From Candidatus Binatia bacterium (GTDB taxonomy: Bacteria > Desulfobacterota > Binatia > Bin18): 64,000 nucleotides of DNA. Of this stretch, positions 59,960-64,000 are shown piece by piece. Every line of letters starts with the position of its first letter. Positions within the stretch are counted from its first letter, which is position 1. A program made the position numbers and the translations under genes. The notes under the pieces are model-generated. The model did not search any database, was not told where the DNA came from, and saw only the letters and a program-made list of their open reading frames with translations. The stretch is from NCBI GenBank assembly GCA_963666315.2, contig CAXXHG010000010.1:32001-96000 (forward strand), read 5' to 3'.

Positions 59960-61537
59960 ATGTCGCTCATTACCTGGTCCTGGCTCTTTCTCATCATCTA
60001 TATCGGCGCGATGCTCGCCATAGGCGTCGTGGGGCAAAGGCGGGTCAAACACGCAGATGACTTCGCGACGGCGCGCGGCTCGTACGGACCCATCTTCTTG
60101 GCCTTTGCCTTTGCGGCCACAACGGCCAGCGGTGCGACTTTTCTCGGCAGACCTGCACTTGGCTACGAGTGGGGTCTACCTACGATCTGGGGGACCTTCC
60201 TATACCCGATCGGGGTGTATTTTGGCGTCCTGATATCGATGCGGCTGATTGCGACGTCGGGTAACCGGTTTGGGAATCGATCCATACCGGAATACCTCGG
60301 AGACCGCTACCAATCCGAGGGCATTCGGGTGCTGGTCGCGGTGTTTTCCTTGGTGTTGTTTTTCTATCTCGCCGGCCAATTGGTCTCCGGGCTGGTGATG
60401 TTCGAGATTATGCTCGGCTTGTCCCCGCTGTGGGCGCTGCTCATCACGACGACCGTGTTGTCGATTTACGTCGTGCTCGGCGGCGCTCATGCCGATATCC
60501 TCACCGATGGGGTTCAGGGATGCATGATGCTGCTGGTTGCCGTCGTGGTCATCGTGCTGTTTGTGACGGGCTACGGCGTCGCAGGTGGCACAGGTGGACT
60601 AAACGGTCTGCTAAGCCTCGTCGACAACTTGGCCCAGCAGGATGAAAACTTGGTCGGTGTGCTCAATACTGAAACAGCCCTGTATCATTCCTGGTGGTCA
60701 ATTGTCGCAATTTTCATTTCCCACATCCCGCTCGGCCTGCTACCGCACATCGGCAATAAACTCTGGGCACTGAAAGACACGAGTCAGCAGAAAACCTTCA
60801 TCAAACTCGCTTTTACGTTTGGGCTGACCTTGGGCATGCTGGGTTTGGCGGGTCCGCTTGCCCGTGCGGTGTTGGGCGATGCATTATACGCTGCCGGTGC
60901 GAACCCGAATCAGGCGCTGCCGCTGCTCTTCATCGAGTTGTTTCCCACCTGGCTGGCGGCGTTGGTTGGCGTCGGCGTTCTTGCGGCGATCATGTCGACC
61001 GCAGACGGGCTGGTCGTGTCCTCATCCCAAGTGATTGCGAATGATCTCTACCGGCGGACTATCATCCCCAGACTGAAAAACGCTCCAAGTGGCGAACACC
61101 TCGATCGGCAGATTTTGTTCATCAGTCGGGTGTCTACAGTCGTAGTGCTGGTGCTATGTATGGCCCTGGCGTGGGCGTTGGTCGAGACCAACATCGCGCT
61201 CATTATATGGATCGGGAACGGTGGCATGATGGCCGCTTTTGCCGGTCCTTTAGTGGTCGGTGCGCTGTGGCGCGGGGTGACACGCAAAGGGGCGTATGCC
61301 GGCCTTGTCAGCGGCTTCGTCACCTTCCTCGTTCTGCATACCCAAATGCTTGATCCCGTTTGGTTTGGACCCGGTGCAGTACACGATGTCGTCGTATGGC
61401 TCCATACCGAAGGCCCCAGTCCGTTCTCCTGTGCGGCTATGGGAGAAATCATGTCGGTCGCCTGCACCTATGGCGTATCTAAATCGACCCAGCCGCTGCC
61501 TGAATCGCATATGAAGGCGTTGCTTGAAGGCGCATAG
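59960..61537 (+). CDS. Sodium:solute symporter (PutP/PanF-like)
   Basis: ATTASGATFLG, SIPEYLGDRYQS, GG..A...TDGVQG, AAIMSTADG, multiple TM helices. Confidence 0.92.
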   Translation: MSLITWSWLFLIIYIGAMLAIGVVGQRRVKHADDFATARGSYGPIFLAFAFAATTASGATFLGRPALGYEWGLPTIWGTFLYPIGVYFGVLISMRLIATSGNRFGNRSIPEYLGDRYQSEGIRVLVAVFSLVLFFYLAGQLVSGLVMFEIMLGLSPLWALLITTTVLSIYVVLGGAHADILTDGVQGCMMLLVAVVVIVLFVTGYGVAGGTGGLNGLLSLVDNLAQQDENLVGVLNTETALYHSWWSIVAIFISHIPLGLLPHIGNKLWALKDTSQQKTFIKLAFTFGLTLGMLGLAGPLARAVLGDALYAAGANPNQALPLLFIELFPTWLAALVGVGVLAAIMSTADGLVVSSSQVIANDLYRRTIIPRLKNAPSGEHLDRQILFISRVSTVVVLVLCMALAWALVETNIALIIWIGNGGMMAAFAGPLVVGALWRGVTRKGAYAGLVSGFVTFLVLHTQMLDPVWFGPGAVHDVVVWLHTEGPSPFSCAAMGEIMSVACTYGVSKSTQPLPESHMKALLEGA

Positions 61538-61639
61538 AGCCGCGCAGGGCAACATAAGCAAATCCTCTAGACCGTAGTAACAGGTATGGCCTCCCGCGGA
61601 GGCATTTGCAAAATAGTAAGGCCGGGCGAGGTCAAGACT

Positions 61640-61668
61640 TGTCATTCTGAGCGAAGCAAAAAATCTCT
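61640..61668. repeat. REP-like half element TGTCATTCTGAGCGAAGCAAAAAATCTC
   Basis: Resembles the widespread GTCATTCTGAGCGAAGCGAAGAATCT extragenic palindromic repeat (recalled, not searched); single copy here. Confidence 0.4.
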
Positions 61669-61679
61669 CAACCGTAATC

Positions 61680-61795
61680 CCCCCACCCTGATTCGCCCAT
61701 AAGAGGCAGACACATGGAATGGGGCTGGCAATGGGTATTCCCAGCTTCGCGGATCGGGACAGATCCCGGTCAGGAGTCTAGTGGTAGAAACATCG
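61680..61795 (+). pseudogene. intI: Integron integrase (IntI) remnant
   Basis: 61717-61778 reads EWGWQWVFPASRIGTDP and, after a 1-bp shift, RSGV, matching the IntI-specific insertion (W.WQ.VFPA.....DPRSG). Confidence 0.65.
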
Positions 61796-61928
61796 GCTCG
61801 CAGTATAATTAGAGTTGGGCGGCTTGCGCTCTCGAGAGCCGGTACGGCATCGAAACAGAACAAGCGCTCCAGCGACACGCTAGTATTGAAACTGGTGCAC
61901 TCAACCACCAGATCTGGGGAACTCGTAG

Positions 61929-62477
61929 ATGGATGAGAACGTTCGGAGCTATTTGGAAGAGATCAGGAAGCTATCCTTCTTCGCCGGCGCCGACCAGCAG
62001 GAAAGTCTGAAGTGGAACGTCAAGTGGTACCGAGAGAAGGCATCTCGGTCGCACAGAATTTTTCGATTTGCGGGGTCCTTGACAGTGTTCCTGAGCGTGA
62101 GTCTGCCCTTCGCACTCACGATCTAGCCCGACTCCACGACCAAGACGATAGCGGTGGAAGGAAGCAAGGAACCTATCACCGTCACGGAGAACCCGTGGTT
62201 TCTGTCGCCAAAGGACCTGACCGCTACGTTGTCATGGATGATTGCACTGGCGGGTGGAGCGAGCGGGCTCTTTCAGTGGGGTCGAACGTGGCAGTCACGA
62301 ACTGAAGCCTACATGCGCCTGGAGCGGCTCCTCATGGAGTGGGAGGTCGCAGTCCAGCGAGTGGGCGCGAGCGTCGACAACGTCTCAACTGCTACCCAGA
62401 AGCTGGTCGTCGAGGCGCGAGAGACGATCAAGGGAATTTACGTCATCTATCTTGCTGGTTCTTTTTTTACGGATTAG
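61929..62477 (+). pseudogene. SLATT/DUF4231 two-TM effector-domain gene with in-frame TAG at 62124-62126
   Basis: WYREKASRSHRIFR + TM1, TM2 + GLFQWGRTWQSRTEAYMRLERL; both ORF pieces share one frame. Confidence 0.65.
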
Positions 62478-62483
62478 CTTGAG

Positions 62484-63228
62484 TTGATTGGAACAATCGA
62501 AGCTCCTCTGATCATCAGTGTTATGACTCAAAACTTGTTATTTGGCGCCGTTGACCGAGAGGTAGGACTTCTGACTCACTTTCAAGAATCCGGAGCAGAG
62601 ATATTTGCTTTGACTGAGGCAAACAATCAGGTGTGGGCCGATGGGCTAGGGTTCTTTGCTGTTGCAAACGCAAACTTCGTAGCTGGTAGCGCGACCACTT
62701 CCATTATCTCATAGCCCAACATAGAATAGGAGTTCTATCAATTTTGACAAGCTCAAGCGCTCCGCCATCATCACGGAGTTACAAGTGACTCTTGAGCAAA
62801 CTATTATTGTTGCCGGTATACATCTGTTTGCCCTGAAGGGTGATATACAATTTCAAATAGACGACTTGACTCAAGTGCTGGATGAAATAGAACAGCATCG
62901 TAATAATGGAGCTCCCATTATATTGGTGGGAGATTTCAACGCAAACTCACAACATGACGTAGGTGTTCCTCTTCCTGACACGGTTCAGGTGATGCAACTC
63001 GCTGAAGCCTGGGGCCTTGCGGATGCCTGCCGAGAAATTTTCCCAGCCGCTGCGGCAAATCCGGGCATTACCGATCGTGAGCATGGCACTGGTCGTATTG
63101 ATCATATTTTGTACACGCCGAATTTACTTACTCCCATTTTCTGCGAAGTAACCGGCGACGATGAAGGTGATCCGCCGTTGTCTGATCATTGCTCAGTTCT
63201 TTGTGACTTTGAACTCATCAGTCCCTAA
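62484..63228 (+). pseudogene. Endonuclease/exonuclease/phosphatase (EEP) family pseudogene
   Basis: VMTQNL, IFALTEA, then after stops GIHL, IILVGDFNA, RIDHILY, SDH. Confidence 0.75.
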
Positions 63229-63310
63229 AAAATGAAAAAAGGGGTCGGTGACAAATGGGAATTATTCTCATGTGACACCACCCCCATTTCTCTGGACTCT
63301 ATCTTTCCAA

Positions 63311-64000
63311 CTATAGTTCATCCCAGATGAATTAAAGTGGTTGGTGCCGAATACTCACATAACGCATTGTGATAAGGTGCGTTATCCATTACAGTCAACG
63401 ACTGATCGGGAATATTGGGAAGGAGCTTTTCAGTGAACCACTTGAAGAACAATTCCTTATTCATTTGCCCGAGATAGTCGCCTGTTTTCCGGGTACTTTT
63501 GAAAACAAGTTTTGCATGGGGAGTCTACCCGGACTGGCTAATCGCGTTAATAATAATGAGGCGTTCGCCTTTGCCAGTCCGCTTCTGGGCCCAGGGCTCG
63601 ACTTCATCGGAGTACCAAACAAAGTCATCACTATGATTCTTGTTGACGTATGATTCGTCTAAGTACACTTCGGGACGAAGAGATGCTAAGGTGGTTCCAG
63701 GCAAACGGTTTTCTCGCTTGATTCGCAAGTAACGTCGTCGCGCAGCGATGACATGAACTTTCTCTTTAAGGTGTTGTGAGCGAGTTCCTTTGCCGAATTC
63801 GAAACCCCAGCCGTCAAGAGTTCTCGCTAGGGTCGCGAGGTAAAATGACTCGTCGGCACGATTGTCACGAAGAAAATTTCGGATTGTCTCGGGCGTGATA
63901 TACTCGCCGCCTCGATTTGCTTCTCTAACAAATTGACGTACTTGCTCTTGATGGGAACGGTCAACAGCGAAACCCGGACGCCTCTTGAAATTGGCGATCG
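63311..64000 (-). mobile_element. IS630/Tc1-family transposase remnant (continues beyond window; internal TAG; 3' deletion)
   Basis: VYLDESYVN, GKGERLIIINAI, G*TP, GDY.GQMN..LF.KWF..KLLPNIP..S..VMDNAPYH; ends at a CTATAG terminus at 63311. Confidence 0.85.

Noticed and set aside
5541-63527. Stop-codon reassignment, or Sec/Pyl read-through, to explain the in-frame stops
   Set aside because: All three stop types occur internally and all three end intact genes normally. Most affected loci also carry frameshifts, deletions or a lost start codon, which indicates decay.

Overview
This is a 64 kb bacterial chromosomal window, moderately GC-rich, with gene order and content resembling Deltaproteobacteria sensu lato (possibly Binatia-like; this is an inference). 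The left ~48 kb is mostly intact housekeeping and metabolic genes: AMIN proteins, rnpB, tRNA-Ile2, dnaG, rpsU, two tandem ClC-CBS-TrkA_C genes, YyaL, UbiB kinase, larB, thiL, grpE-dnaK-dnaJ, recO-glyQS-ppdK-aroE, hslO, ribBX, hpnD, dxr, amtB, a thiolase-like/DUF35/CoA-transferase operon and a single-chain acyl-CoA carboxylase. Within it sits a collapsed type IV pilus locus (pilB/pilC/pilS/pilR/pilin pseudogenes plus a 162-bp MITE). From ~48.9 kb to the end is an accessory island. It holds decayed toxin-antitoxin pairs with attC-like sites, a small integron-integrase remnant with an attI-like site, SLATT and EEP-nuclease pseudogenes, an IS630 remnant, a class 3 lipase, frc and a sodium:solute symporter. 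It also holds the most interesting element: a convergent cluster of queD (broken), queC, a CX7CX2C RiPP-type radical SAM enzyme with an extra C-terminal domain, a GT4 glycosyltransferase and a 2OG-Fe(II) oxygenase. Two unannotated structured-RNA candidates flank a hypothetical gene at ~34 kb. Accessory genes show deletions and nonsense mutations, mostly explicable as G:C->T:A changes, while core genes are clean. No CRISPR array or rRNA was seen. All calls come from motif recognition by eye; no database searches were run.
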